A stretch of 64,000 nt of DNA from a virus. A program made the position numbers and the translations under genes. The DNA is taken from positions 1 through 64,000 of IMG/VR virus record IMGVR_UViG_3300032893_000027; one strand, written 5' to 3'. Shown here one piece after another: positions 37,762-47,475 of the stretch. Position 1 is the first letter of the stretch; each line of letters opens with the position of its first letter. The notes under the pieces were generated by a model. The model ran no database searches and was not told where the DNA came from. It was given only the letters and a program-made list of their open reading frames with translations.

Positions 37762-37914
37762 TTAGTAACCTCCTGCCGCTAGTGCCCAGTTGAGGTCGTT
37801 AACATTCTCGGTGGCGCCGGAAGTAGCAACCTGAGCAACCGTAGGATTGATCGCAAAAGGAGTACTTACGCTCGTCAAGGGAATCGACATCAACAGATTA
37901 AATATGCGCTCCAC
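37762..37914 (-). CDS. 50-aa hypothetical protein
   Basis: AGGAGG RBS followed by GTG at 37914. Confidence 0.5.
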   Translation of the reverse strand: MERIFNLLMSIPLTSVSTPFAINPTVAQVATSGATENVNDLNWALAAGGY

Positions 37915-37925
37915 AACGCCCCTCC

Positions 37926-38849
37926 TTAGCTCAACGGGAACGTGCCCCAAATGGCACGCCAGTCGTAGTAGGTGGGAACATAACGCTGATAGCCCTTAAC
38001 AAGCAAGTTGTCAGTGGTGAACTCCACAGACATGTCCATTTCGAACGGCTTGCGGTTAAAGAAGATCAGGCCGTCATGATTGGTCAGGATGAACCACGCG
38101 TAGCTCGACGTCAGATAGTCGAACACCATGTAGCCTTCCTTGAGCGAATCATTCATGCCCAAGATCGCGTTAACGTCGTTGGTCGTGGTGCCCGGACGAA
38201 GCTCAGACCTGAACAGGCGCAGAGCAATGGGCTCCAAGTTCGGGGGGATAATAACCTTACGCCCACGAGCATGGATTTTCAGACCAGCGTTGTCACGCCA
38301 GTTGGATCGGATCGTAATGAGAGCATTCAGAAGAGTGGTCTCATTCAGATCAACGTCAGGAGACGGCTGGTTGGCAATCGACCCATAGGGCGGGTCAATC
38401 GGGTGGCCAGTCGAGTTAATCAGCGACACACCGTCACCACCAACCGCCGCGTTATAGGTCGTTGCGGTATTGAGGACGTTGGCAGCATAGATTTCCTCGG
38501 TCTCCTTGAACGATTCCATCAAACCGTCATTGGAGGGGCCGAACTCTGCCTTGTAGAGGTTGTCATCAATGGCCTTGCGAGTAATCGCGTAGCCAAGGCC
38601 AATCTCGAAGTGCTCTGCGTTGTAGACAAAGCGCTGACCAGCAGAGTTGTCGAAGGAGGTCGGGGCGCCTTCCTGCTTTAGCTGAGCATAGCCCAGATAA
38701 CGCATTGCGGCCCGACGTTCCAAGGCCATCTCGGAATTGGTCTGCCTGAAGATCTGCGGCCACTGCCGCTCGATCATGGCATACTTTCCGGAGATACCCC
38801 AAAGGCCCGGAAGGAGTAGATCTCGGATTTGTGAGAGTGCTACGGGCAT
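37926..38849 (-). CDS. Major capsid protein (HK97-fold, Mu gpT-like type)
   Basis: LLLPGL, GYAITRKAIDDNLY, ETEEIYAANVLN, DYLTS..AWFILT, YYDWRAIWG. Confidence 0.9.
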   Translation of the reverse strand: MPVALSQIRDLLLPGLWGISGKYAMIERQWPQIFRQTNSEMALERRAAMRYLGYAQLKQEGAPTSFDNSAGQRFVYNAEHFEIGLGYAITRKAIDDNLYKAEFGPSNDGLMESFKETEEIYAANVLNTATTYNAAVGGDGVSLINSTGHPIDPPYGSIANQPSPDVDLNETTLLNALITIRSNWRDNAGLKIHARGRKVIIPPNLEPIALRLFRSELRPGTTTNDVNAILGMNDSLKEGYMVFDYLTSSYAWFILTNHDGLIFFNRKPFEMDMSVEFTTDNLLVKGYQRYVPTYYDWRAIWGTFPLS

Positions 38850-38861
38850 CTATTCTACTCC

Positions 38862-39503
38862 TTAGGTGGTCTCAGCGGTCAGAGACCGGCGGAGCGAGTT
38901 GTTGAACGACACGACCATGATCGAACCCGCCGTGGTACCATCTGCACCGTTGACTCCGGGCGGAAGGTAGTTCGAGGACGTTTCCACAATCCTGAACGGA
39001 TAGCTGGAGTTCGCCGATACGGCGCTCGACAGGATGGCAATGTTGGAAATGCCCGTCGTGGTATTGCCACCGGACTGGGAGGAGCCAGTCTGACCGGACG
39101 TAAAGCCGATATTCCACCCGGTAACCGAAGTTCCCAGCACAGCGGACGTGGTGCTCTGTACCAAGAACAGATTGTCCTCACCCTCAATAACATAAGCGTT
39201 ACAAGGAGAAGACGATGTGCCAAGGTTGCCGGGGAAGTAGCTGGACCACACCACACGACCAACGGCAGCGCTGTAGTACTCGCAGCCGTTAAAGATGCCG
39301 AGGATCGGGTTGCCAGTTGTCACACCAGACGCCGGAAGAGTGATGTATCCGGGAATGGCCGTAGACAGCATCACCACGTCACCAGTGAAGTACGTATTGG
39401 TGTCGCTAGATGCGAGATAGCGGCGGGTTAGGCCGTAGGTAGGGGCGTTACCTTCGAGGGTGCCGAACTGGCGAAACCCAAACGGTGAAAAGGTGTTGGC
39501 CAT
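38862..39503 (-). CDS. Capsid decoration/cement protein
   Basis: MANTFSPFGFR..YFTGDVV..GIFNGCEY, directly upstream of the major capsid gene. Confidence 0.7.
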   Translation of the reverse strand: MANTFSPFGFRQFGTLEGNAPTYGLTRRYLASSDTNTYFTGDVVMLSTAIPGYITLPASGVTTGNPILGIFNGCEYYSAAVGRVVWSSYFPGNLGTSSSPCNAYVIEGEDNLFLVQSTTSAVLGTSVTGWNIGFTSGQTGSSQSGGNTTTGISNIAILSSAVSANSSYPFRIVETSSNYLPPGVNGADGTTAGSIMVVSFNNSLRRSLTAETT

Positions 39504-39654
39504 AAATTAAGCCTCCACAAACGTCATAGTGGACTCCAATCGGCCTTCACTCTGAGCGCCAGAGCTATTCCGGGTGAAGCCACCACAGCGCGTGGAGGCT
39601 AGAATGGTGCGGGTGGGTCATGCCGAGTGAAGGCGAACAACCCACCCACTTTTC
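39504..39654 (-). promoter_or_regulatory. Structured 5' leader of the decoration/capsid genes
   Basis: Several complementary segments, including a 9-nt anti-SD, two GCGCU-loop hairpins and a 10-bp long-range pairing. Confidence 0.55.
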
Positions 39655-40182
39655 TTACTCGGGGATGTTAATCCTCTCGTAAGACTTTCGAATCTTATTG
39701 GACCTTAATGCAGATTCGTGGCGGCTGTCAAGTGAGGTATTAATTTCCCCGCCCGTAAGTGCTTGCTCCTTAATGGCAACCTGCTCCAAAGCAGCCCTAC
39801 GATCTCGGTTCTTGGCCCGGATACTAAGCTCCAATGGCCTTGCCATCAGGCACGAACCATCCAGCCTGATCTCTCCTTTGGCCCCTTTAGGAGTGAAAAC
39901 CCCATCAAAGCGGCCATCAAAGTCTTCAGGGTGAACTGGAGTCCAGCCCGTCTTCTCGGCTGAAGCCCGCCATTCGGCGAAGGGTTTACCCAGAACGGTA
40001 TCTGTAACCCAACGCATATCCATCCCCTCTGGGATCATATGCTGCGGTACATGCATCTTATCCGGATGGTCTTCCACCATATCCGGATCAATATCATCCC
40101 AGTTCTGACGGGCCTTCATGGTCCATCGGGAATCAGGACGCTTCTCTTCCCGATCAATACCGGGGTTACTCTTGGCTTTCAT
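39655..40182 (-). CDS. Conserved phage head-module protein
   Basis: IPEGMDMRWV..GWTPV..LMARP. Confidence 0.7.
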   Translation of the reverse strand: MKAKSNPGIDREEKRPDSRWTMKARQNWDDIDPDMVEDHPDKMHVPQHMIPEGMDMRWVTDTVLGKPFAEWRASAEKTGWTPVHPEDFDGRFDGVFTPKGAKGEIRLDGSCLMARPLELSIRAKNRDRRAALEQVAIKEQALTGGEINTSLDSRHESALRSNKIRKSYERINIPE

Positions 40183-41138
40183 TACGGTTGACCTCCATAG
40201 TTACCAAGCTTCTTCTCTTCCCGCAGCTTCATAAGCTGCACGGCATAATCAGCCTCAGAGACGCCAGCAATCTTTGCGGCCTCCTTCTGGGCTGCGGTGA
40301 GGGTAATACGGCCGGTATCTCGCTGGCCACTGGCCTTGGGCACCTCCCGAGACGGAGGGGCGCTGTAAGCGATCTTCCGAGTCTGGGTAGGCTTTTCCTC
40401 TTCGCTCACTTCCAACTCCTCGTCATCCTCAGGCTCCAGACTACCACGCATTCCAAGCCTTTCCTCCATCCTTTCGAAGTAGGGCTGCGAATAGGGCTGG
40501 AGGCCCTCGGCTACCACCTTCCAGTGAAGATACTGAATCTCAGCGTTCTTTTCTGGATTGTGGAGATACTCTGGATGTTCCCGCAGCCACGTCTTGGCCA
40601 GTGGAGGAAGTGCGGTACTATCAAGGGCATCTTGCTGTTGAGGCTTAGGTTCGTACTTCGGACGCTCCTTGATTTCACGCTCGATAGCTTCCTTGCCCTG
40701 TTCCAGCGTCAGGATCTTAGTCTCAGCCCGCGCCAAGCGGCGATAAGCCTCAGCCTGAGCCTTGCCATCCCCAAGCTGGGTGGCCATCTCAATGTCCCTT
40801 TGGGCCGTCTCAGCCTCGCCCTGAGCGGCAGCAAGGGCCGCACTGAGCGTCTCCTGCTGGCTTGTCATGGACCGTTCTTGAAGCTTATTGACTTCAAGAT
40901 CGCGTTCCTGAGCCTGCTTGATGGCGTCAAGCTTGGCCTGACGCTCCTGCTCTATCTGGGTGCGATAGGTCTCATTGGCTTTTCTGAGGGTTTCGAGTTC
41001 GGCTTTAAGTGAAGCCGCTGGATCTTCTTGAGCCTCAACCTTCTCGGTATTGGTCTCTAGAGGTTCGCCCTCAACAGGGTCTCTTTCAACCACTTGGGCT
41101 GCGGCCTGACGGCCTCGAATAGGTCTCAATTTAGGCAT
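40182..41138 (-). CDS. Putative scaffolding protein
   Basis: Coiled-coil; C-terminal ITLTAAQKEAAKIAGVSEADYA; lies between portal and capsid genes. Confidence 0.7.
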   Translation of the reverse strand: MPKLRPIRGRQAAAQVVERDPVEGEPLETNTEKVEAQEDPAASLKAELETLRKANETYRTQIEQERQAKLDAIKQAQERDLEVNKLQERSMTSQQETLSAALAAAQGEAETAQRDIEMATQLGDGKAQAEAYRRLARAETKILTLEQGKEAIEREIKERPKYEPKPQQQDALDSTALPPLAKTWLREHPEYLHNPEKNAEIQYLHWKVVAEGLQPYSQPYFERMEERLGMRGSLEPEDDEELEVSEEEKPTQTRKIAYSAPPSREVPKASGQRDTGRITLTAAQKEAAKIAGVSEADYAVQLMKLREEKKLGNYGGQP

Positions 41139-41140
41139 TC

Positions 41141-41572
41141 TTAATCCTTATCAATAATCGCAGGGTCCTTGACCTTCATGCGGATCGAGGAGTCCCTCAC
41201 CAAACGGCAGGGCCAATCCCCGACCGTCAACTGCCACGCATCACCAATCTTGAATACCACCCACTCGTTAATGTCGGCGGCTTGACCATTAAAGGAGAAC
41301 TCCCCATCATCTCGGAAAGCATCCTTCCCCATCTTCAGAACAAGACCGGTCTTGCCTTGCCATACATCCTCTTCGAGCGTATTCCCCGTGAGAATGATTC
41401 CACCCTTGGTCTTGGCCGGTCGAATATAGGTGGCGATCAAGACCATGTTATACATCACGTCGATTCCGGAGAGGTCCCCCACCTTGGCCCGAATCGCCGC
41501 CTTGCGCTCGGCAAGCTCAGGTATCTGGCTAACCTCTTCAATTGCTTTACGATTTAGTTTTACATGGCTCAT
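41141..41572 (-). CDS. groES: GroES-like co-chaperonin
   Basis: KTKGGIIL..GLVLKMGKDAF..EWVVF..CRLVRD. Confidence 0.8.
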   Translation of the reverse strand: MSHVKLNRKAIEEVSQIPELAERKAAIRAKVGDLSGIDVMYNMVLIATYIRPAKTKGGIILTGNTLEEDVWQGKTGLVLKMGKDAFRDDGEFSFNGQAADINEWVVFKIGDAWQLTVGDWPCRLVRDSSIRMKVKDPAIIDKD

Positions 41573-41754
41573 TGATCTTCTCTTTCTAAGTCTTCACAGA
41601 GGGCGAGAGCCCCCCTTAACCCTTCAATCTGTCCTACACAATGCCAATACCGGTTGAAGTTATCATATCCTGTGGACAGGGCTTCCTTGCGCTTCTCGAT
41701 CTCCGCTTCAACTAATACCTCTAAGCGGGAATGAAATCTCGACTTGACGATCAT
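41569..41754 (-). CDS. Small phage protein
   Basis: Y.HCVGQIEGL motif, commonly seen next to phage GroES. Confidence 0.65.
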   Translation of the reverse strand: MIVKSRFHSRLEVLVEAEIEKRKEALSTGYDNFNRYWHCVGQIEGLRGALALCEDLEREDQ

Positions 41755-41757
41755 GGC

Positions 41758-41925
41758 TTATTTTTTCTTCTTGGATTGTCCGCTTTCGGACAGCGCAATG
41801 GCAACGGCCTGCTTGCGAGACTTCACCAACGGACCCGTCTTGGAGCCGCTATGAAGCTGTCCGTTTTTGAATTTGTGCATCTCAGTATGAACTATTTCTT
41901 TCTTACTCTGACCTTTAATCGGCAT
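41758..41925 (-). CDS. DUF6496-like small basic protein (not in the ORF track)
   Basis: EMHKFKNGQLHSGSKTGPLVKSRKQAVAIALSE. Confidence 0.7.
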   Translation of the reverse strand: MPIKGQSKKEIVHTEMHKFKNGQLHSGSKTGPLVKSRKQAVAIALSESGQSKKKK

Positions 41926-42146
41926 TAGATTTCTCTTTTATCAGTTGGAACACAAACGACCTCAGCCTTACCGGCGGGTCGATATGTACTCATAAACTGT
42001 TCTGCTTTATCAGCACACTCTTCGTAAGAATATAATTGTGGAAAAGTAAACGTCACCGGTCGGGTCGGATGGATCTTCTTGGTGCTATAAGGGCTGATGA
42101 CGGCCAGCCAAGCCGTCACCACGATCTGAAAGAACGTCGAGGCCAA
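41925..42146 (-). CDS. Small protein with hydrophobic N-terminus
   Basis: Signal-like N-terminus; EEC..VVCVP. Confidence 0.5.
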   Translation of the reverse strand: MASTFFQIVVTAWLAVISPYSTKKIHPTRPVTFTFPQLYSYEECADKAEQFMSTYRPAGKAEVVCVPTDKREI

Positions 42147-42842
42147 TTACCTGTCGCCTCTATGCTTCTTATAATACTTATACTGGGCCAAGGTGCCGCT
42201 GCCGCTATTCTGGCCGCCAGTCTTGGCATTCAGAATCGAGACCGGACCACCCCGAGCATAGCGAGTGTTCTCGGAGGTGCGCTTACTCCACTTGGCAAGG
42301 TTCTCTGGATTGGCAATCCCGCTAATATACTTTCCGTCCTTCTTCACAGCCCCACCTCGTTTCATTCCGCCGGGACCACCCATCGGCGGCTTACCCATCG
42401 GAGGACCCCCTAAGCCCGGCATACCTCCAGCCATAGGCGAAGGGGGCGGCGCCATTGGCGCCTTGGGCGGCATAAGTGGCGGGGGACTACCCGCCATTGG
42501 TCCCGCTGGGGGAGGTCCACCGGGACCACCACTCGGGGCGACCACTATGTTAATCTTCGTGTGGTGGCCCTTACCGCCCTTCTTTACTTTACCACCACGG
42601 GCGTATTTGTCCATACGTTTCATGGACTTACCGCCACAAGCCATTTTGGCTTCTTTCGTAATCTTGCTATGCTTGCCTTCGTATTGAGGGCCATGATGCT
42701 TAGACGTCTTGGGAGTCACGCCACCGCCAGTAGCATAAGTGGCCGTCTCACCCTTCTTCTGGTGCTCATGACCAAACAGCTTGTGGACCCTATCAGTACT
42801 GAAGGGATGCGACTTGCCAACATGCTTATAGGGATGCGCCAT
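42147..42842 (-). CDS. Basic Gly/Pro/Lys-rich protein with xAxGG motifs
   Basis: YATGGGV, MACGG, YARGGKV, MKRGGAV, YARGGPV; ATG at 42842. Confidence 0.7.
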   Translation of the reverse strand: MAHPYKHVGKSHPFSTDRVHKLFGHEHQKKGETATYATGGGVTPKTSKHHGPQYEGKHSKITKEAKMACGGKSMKRMDKYARGGKVKKGGKGHHTKINIVVAPSGGPGGPPPAGPMAGSPPPLMPPKAPMAPPPSPMAGGMPGLGGPPMGKPPMGGPGGMKRGGAVKKDGKYISGIANPENLAKWSKRTSENTRYARGGPVSILNAKTGGQNSGSGTLAQYKYYKKHRGDR

Positions 42843-42843
42843 C

Positions 42844-43062
42844 TTACTTCTTTCCAGCTTGACTACCGGCAGGCTTACCGGCAGGGATGGGACCAATGCT
42901 CTCCCGTGCCGGGAGGGTTAGGGGATCAAGATCTTGGTTCTGGTAATAGGCCATATCAGCAGCCTTATCACCCGGCCATTTATAATGGTCGGCATGACCA
43001 ACAATCTTTTGCATCTTGGTAAACCGAGATTTCTTAACGTCGCCGTGATGATGATGTGCCAT
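42844..43062 (-). CDS. Small His-rich protein
   Basis: Coupled to the portal stop codon. Confidence 0.55.
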   Translation of the reverse strand: MAHHHHGDVKKSRFTKMQKIVGHADHYKWPGDKAADMAYYQNQDLDPLTLPARESIGPIPAGKPAGSQAGKK

Positions 43063-45773
43063 TAGTCCTCGTCCCTCTTGGGTTTCTTTGTAACAGCTTT
43101 CTTACTAGCTGTCACCTTGGCCTGAGCCAGCTTCTTGCTGGTAGAAAGTTCTACCTTATGTTTTTCTTTCTTCATTTGCATTTCTTGATCGTTATGATCT
43201 AGCTGCTGCTCATGAGCCTCATCTTCTCTTTCAGTTTTCGCCTCTTCAGACGGACCATGCGCTTTCGCAGCAGCGTCTCCCATTTTCTTGGCCGCCTCAA
43301 GTTCGACCTGATGCCGTTCCCTCTGGTGCTGCATCTCTTGGGCATGCTGCGCCGCCTCCCGCGCTAACTGAGAGCGGTGCTTCTGGTTCTCCATCTGAAT
43401 CTGTTGGTTGCCTTTCTGCTGCTCTAGGGCAAACTGCCCCTTCTGCTTCATGGCTTCCGTATACAGATTCGCTTGGTTTTCCTGATGCTTGGCATGGACA
43501 TCATGAGCCCGAGCCAGCATGTCCATCTGCATCTCTTGCTGCTTGGATGCCTGATCCATCTGCATCTTGTGATGAGCCTGAACCAGATCCGTTTGGGCCT
43601 GCTGCGTGTGTATAATACGCTCACCCTCCAGCTTCTTGTCCTGAAGCAGAAGTTTCATCTGCTCAATCTTCTCACGGCTGACCCGCTCCTGCGCCGCATC
43701 CTGTATCTTCATGGCTTCGCTGGCGGCCTTGATCTTCGTCTCAAGCAACTGAATCTCAGCCTGCTTTTCTGCCTGCATTGACTTCTGCTGTATCGCCACC
43801 ATGCGTGGATCAGGAGCAGGAGTAGCAGGAGCCTGACGAAACAATCCTTGCGGATTAATGTCCGCAATTTGCATGACATGCATATCCACCCCAACCGGAT
43901 CGTAAAGATCTGGGTTAGCCTTCTGAAGCTCCTTGATAGCCATAGCCTTGGCCATGCGGTGCAGACTGGTTGGGTTGTTGGGATCGGCCACCGGAACAAT
44001 GTGATAGTCATTAAGTGCTTGAAGGAACTGGTCTTTCTCCCACTTCTTGAAGCCTTTGCAATGCCGGATGAACGCACCGGGATCTTCCCGGAGACGTTCG
44101 ACTAGGAGTTCAAATTCCTTCGCCTGCGAGGCATGGAGACGCTTGTGAGCCGAATCCATGACCTTGGTCGCTTGTTCGATGAGTGCAAGAGTAGTTCCAA
44201 CAGGAGCGTCCTGTTTGCCTTCGCCGACGTTGATGTTTGCTGTCTGTCCAAGCTTTCGTCCAATTTCCTCCAGATGTTGGATGAAGGCCGTAAAGGACGG
44301 ACCCGTCTCTTTGTACGGCAGCGGCATGACCGATTTGCGGATATCATCCTGTGATCCGATTTCAAGTCCAACACCCCCACCCGGAGGCACCCGGAACTGG
44401 TTAGAGAGTTGCCGACCAATCCCCTTTGCATACAAGAAGCCGGGGAAGTTCGCGAACATCCCGTTGTCGAGTTGGAGTCGGGTCGATGCTGTTAATGCAA
44501 TCGTTATATTACCGAGAAGGTGGACATAGCCAAGCCCATAAAAGCCCAATCCACGGACCATTGGGAATTGCACAAAGTATTCTTTGGCGCGGCAGTCCTT
44601 GTCGTCCTTCTTCCAGTTCCTTCTAATGTCAAGAATCTGGCGAGAACCCTTTTCAATTGTGACACGATAGGGAAGGGGTAACCCTTTGCCCTTGAACTTC
44701 TCAGGGGCGAATTCATCGAGGTCTAACTCTGTGTAGATTTCGTAGACTTCATAGTCGCGGTCTTCAGGTTTCTGCGCATTCGGATTGAAGCCTGCAACTT
44801 CATTTTTCTTTTTATCAACCGCCGTTTGAGGGAACTGGACGGGAGCCGCGAGGTCCACATCACGGTAAACCTCTTCGATCTGCATCCGCTTCAGGACCGA
44901 CTTGCGCATCCTGATACGATGGGTGATACGGCCACAGTTCTGGAGATCGGTGGCCGAGTCCGATACGATTAGATCTTCTGCATCAACGCTCTCTGAAACA
45001 GCCTTACGCTTTAGTGGACAGTTAAAAACTTTCTTAAATCCGTCACCACCGAAACCAACATAGAACAACATGCGGTCAGTATCGGCCACATAGTTGGTCC
45101 CGGTTAATAGATAATGGTTGAGTCCCTGTTCCAGCGCTTGAGCGAGTTCGTCGCTACTGGCTGCAAGTTGAGGGGGAGGAAGGGTGGGATATGGATTGTC
45201 GGGGTCCGCCGCATTGGGCGATGCAAGGACATACCTCGGCACAATCGGTGAGTCATTCCGGACCTTAACCGGACCTGCCGCAGGTAATAGCTCCGCTCGG
45301 GCCGTGGCTTGGAATGACACTGTGGCGTCAAGCAGGAGGGGGTGCCGCACCGTGGACATACCCTCCAAGGGGGCAGACGATCCACCAAGGTCGGTACGAG
45401 GCTTTTCAAGCTTGAGCCCAAGTAATTCAATACCGAGAGCCCTTGTTTCCATCCACTCATTCCGCGACAATATGTCGCGCTCGACACCAGCCAGAAGTTC
45501 CGAAGCAATCTTACCGAGTTCATCCTCGGATATTTCAAGGGCAAGGTTGGCTTCGAAACTGGTATCCCGCTTAACAGTGGTATGAGCACGAATAGCTTCC
45601 GGGTTCGTATCAAAAGTCGTGGTTCCATCAGCATTGTCGATGCGAAGCATCCCATGCTCGACGGTTATGTTCACTGTTTCTTCTTTTGACGGACTCTCGA
45701 CCAGCCGCAGTCTGGGCCGGTCTGGGGTCGGATAGGGGTCCGACAATCCCATGCTATTCGATTTTCGAGCCAT
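43062..45773 (-). CDS. Portal protein with long Gln-rich C-terminal coil
   Basis: HPLLLDA..FQA.ARAELLPAAGPVK, GFKKV, LPYRVTI, GFYGLG, APVGTTLALIE. Confidence 0.9.
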   Translation of the reverse strand: MARKSNSMGLSDPYPTPDRPRLRLVESPSKEETVNITVEHGMLRIDNADGTTTFDTNPEAIRAHTTVKRDTSFEANLALEISEDELGKIASELLAGVERDILSRNEWMETRALGIELLGLKLEKPRTDLGGSSAPLEGMSTVRHPLLLDATVSFQATARAELLPAAGPVKVRNDSPIVPRYVLASPNAADPDNPYPTLPPPQLAASSDELAQALEQGLNHYLLTGTNYVADTDRMLFYVGFGGDGFKKVFNCPLKRKAVSESVDAEDLIVSDSATDLQNCGRITHRIRMRKSVLKRMQIEEVYRDVDLAAPVQFPQTAVDKKKNEVAGFNPNAQKPEDRDYEVYEIYTELDLDEFAPEKFKGKGLPLPYRVTIEKGSRQILDIRRNWKKDDKDCRAKEYFVQFPMVRGLGFYGLGYVHLLGNITIALTASTRLQLDNGMFANFPGFLYAKGIGRQLSNQFRVPPGGGVGLEIGSQDDIRKSVMPLPYKETGPSFTAFIQHLEEIGRKLGQTANINVGEGKQDAPVGTTLALIEQATKVMDSAHKRLHASQAKEFELLVERLREDPGAFIRHCKGFKKWEKDQFLQALNDYHIVPVADPNNPTSLHRMAKAMAIKELQKANPDLYDPVGVDMHVMQIADINPQGLFRQAPATPAPDPRMVAIQQKSMQAEKQAEIQLLETKIKAASEAMKIQDAAQERVSREKIEQMKLLLQDKKLEGERIIHTQQAQTDLVQAHHKMQMDQASKQQEMQMDMLARAHDVHAKHQENQANLYTEAMKQKGQFALEQQKGNQQIQMENQKHRSQLAREAAQHAQEMQHQRERHQVELEAAKKMGDAAAKAHGPSEEAKTEREDEAHEQQLDHNDQEMQMKKEKHKVELSTSKKLAQAKVTASKKAVTKKPKRDED

Positions 45774-45780
45774 ATATTAG

Positions 45781-47475
45781 TTACGACCAGTATAGAGGCT
45801 GGGACAAGTTCCGACGATCATATGCCATTTCGTCATCTGATGCCACTCTATACTCTTCCTTACGTAGGGCAAAGCCCATATCTCTCAACCACCTAAGCGC
45901 TTGAGAGGTACTGTCTACCAGATCGTCATGGCTACCTTTGGGGAAGATACCGCACTGGCGAATCACCTTATCGGCCCAACTTCTATCCGGCGCATAGACC
46001 ATTCCGTCCCGGAACAAATGTTCAATCGAGTTCACCCGTGCCCACTTGTCGCCATACTTCTTGGGGTCGACTTGTTCCACCGACAGCCTTCCGGTTCCCC
46101 GGAGCAGCCGACTGAGTTCCTGCCCGACTGACTGGCCGCTGCCCTTGGCCTCGATTAACAATCTATCCACAGGGAATGTGGGCCATGTCGCCCCCTCCTG
46201 AGGGATACAGGTATCCATCACCTTCTGTAACAAGTCCGTGAATTGGAGCCGCTCCTCCCATGCATAGAGCAACATGATCTTGGGGTGGTCAATCATGGGC
46301 TTATTTTCGATAAACAGCTTGTGGCGACCCCTGAGGTCCGGAACCGGTTCTATTAGTTCCGATTCTTCCCGCCATATCCCCCATACCGTGAGGGCCGAGG
46401 GATCGTTCTCATCCTTCTCCGTAAAGGCCGGGTCCAAGGAAGCTACGACGAATTCGAATGGCGGAAGCCTTGGCATCTTATCCGTGTCCCAAAGCTGCCA
46501 ATATTCCTCCTTAATAATGGCACCACCACGAGGAACCGGATACTGCTGATACTGACCAGCCCACGCATACGGACCCTTATCTCGTTCCATATTCACGCAA
46601 ACTTGATCAGTGAACCGCTCGGGCCATGCTAGTTCTCCGTCCTCTTCTCTGGGGTCCTCCCAGATATTCTCGACCTCTTGAATCTCTCCAGTCTCCGGGT
46701 TAGCGAGTTCCTCTGTTCCTAAGACCGTAACACAATGACGGGCAGGATCATGCCGCATCGGTATCATAAGGTGGGTGTAACCCATCTCACGAGAGACGGC
46801 GACACCGGATACGTCGTCCTCGTGAAGTCTTTGTTGAATAATAACAATTGCGGATTCTTGGGGGTTATTGAGACGGTCTGGAACGACTTCCGTAAACCAC
46901 ATGTTCGTTGTGTATCGAACCTGTTCCGACTCCATCTCCATTGTGTTGTTGGGGTCGTCAATGATGAACCTGTCGCCGCGTTCACCCACCCCGATACCAC
47001 TAACGGAGGTAGCGAGCTTCCAACCAGTCTTGTCGTTGGCGAACTTGATTTTGGTAAATTGTTCGTTACTAATGTGGAACCGATTTCCCCACAGCTTTTG
47101 ATACCGGTCGCTAATGACAATGTTGCGACAACGCATATTATCGCGTTCCGTCAAGTGATTCGAGTAAGAAGCGCAAACATATCTGGTCCACGGCATATTT
47201 CGGGGACCCCACTCCCACGCTGGCCAGAACACGTCAGTCATTAACGACTTCGTGAAGCCGGGTGGAACATTGATGAGGAGACGTTTGATATGGCCGTGGG
47301 TGACAGCTTCGAGGTGCTCCGCAATGGCTTCTATAGCCCAACCTCTTATAAAGGGGATAGCGGGCTCGACTACGGGCCAAACATACTCGGCAAATTCTAT
47401 AAGTCTGCTTTCGGCGCGAACCTTCTCCATACGCTTTGCGATTTCGGCGGCAGCCTTAAGGACAATAGTGTGCAT
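45781..47475 (-). CDS. terL: Terminase large subunit
   Basis: LLINVPPGFTKS (Walker A), IIDDP, IQQRLHEDD, SLDPAF, IEAKGSG, HDDLVDSTSQA. Confidence 0.95.
   Translation of the reverse strand: MHTIVLKAAAEIAKRMEKVRAESRLIEFAEYVWPVVEPAIPFIRGWAIEAIAEHLEAVTHGHIKRLLINVPPGFTKSLMTDVFWPAWEWGPRNMPWTRYVCASYSNHLTERDNMRCRNIVISDRYQKLWGNRFHISNEQFTKIKFANDKTGWKLATSVSGIGVGERGDRFIIDDPNNTMEMESEQVRYTTNMWFTEVVPDRLNNPQESAIVIIQQRLHEDDVSGVAVSREMGYTHLMIPMRHDPARHCVTVLGTEELANPETGEIQEVENIWEDPREEDGELAWPERFTDQVCVNMERDKGPYAWAGQYQQYPVPRGGAIIKEEYWQLWDTDKMPRLPPFEFVVASLDPAFTEKDENDPSALTVWGIWREESELIEPVPDLRGRHKLFIENKPMIDHPKIMLLYAWEERLQFTDLLQKVMDTCIPQEGATWPTFPVDRLLIEAKGSGQSVGQELSRLLRGTGRLSVEQVDPKKYGDKWARVNSIEHLFRDGMVYAPDRSWADKVIRQCGIFPKGSHDDLVDSTSQALRWLRDMGFALRKEEYRVASDDEMAYDRRNLSQPLYWS

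Noticed and set aside
36856-37782. 308-aa minus-strand ORF from the track
   Set aside because: It overlaps three better-supported ORFs in other frames and has an Arg-rich shadow composition.
37762-37950. Frameshift extension of the major capsid protein
   Set aside because: No slippery heptamer at the capsid 3' end, and the downstream ORF has its own AGGAGG plus GTG start.
40188-41012. 274-aa plus-strand ORF (and similar antisense ORFs across 11-47 kb)
   Set aside because: Antisense shadow of the scaffold and structural genes, with no recognisable motifs.
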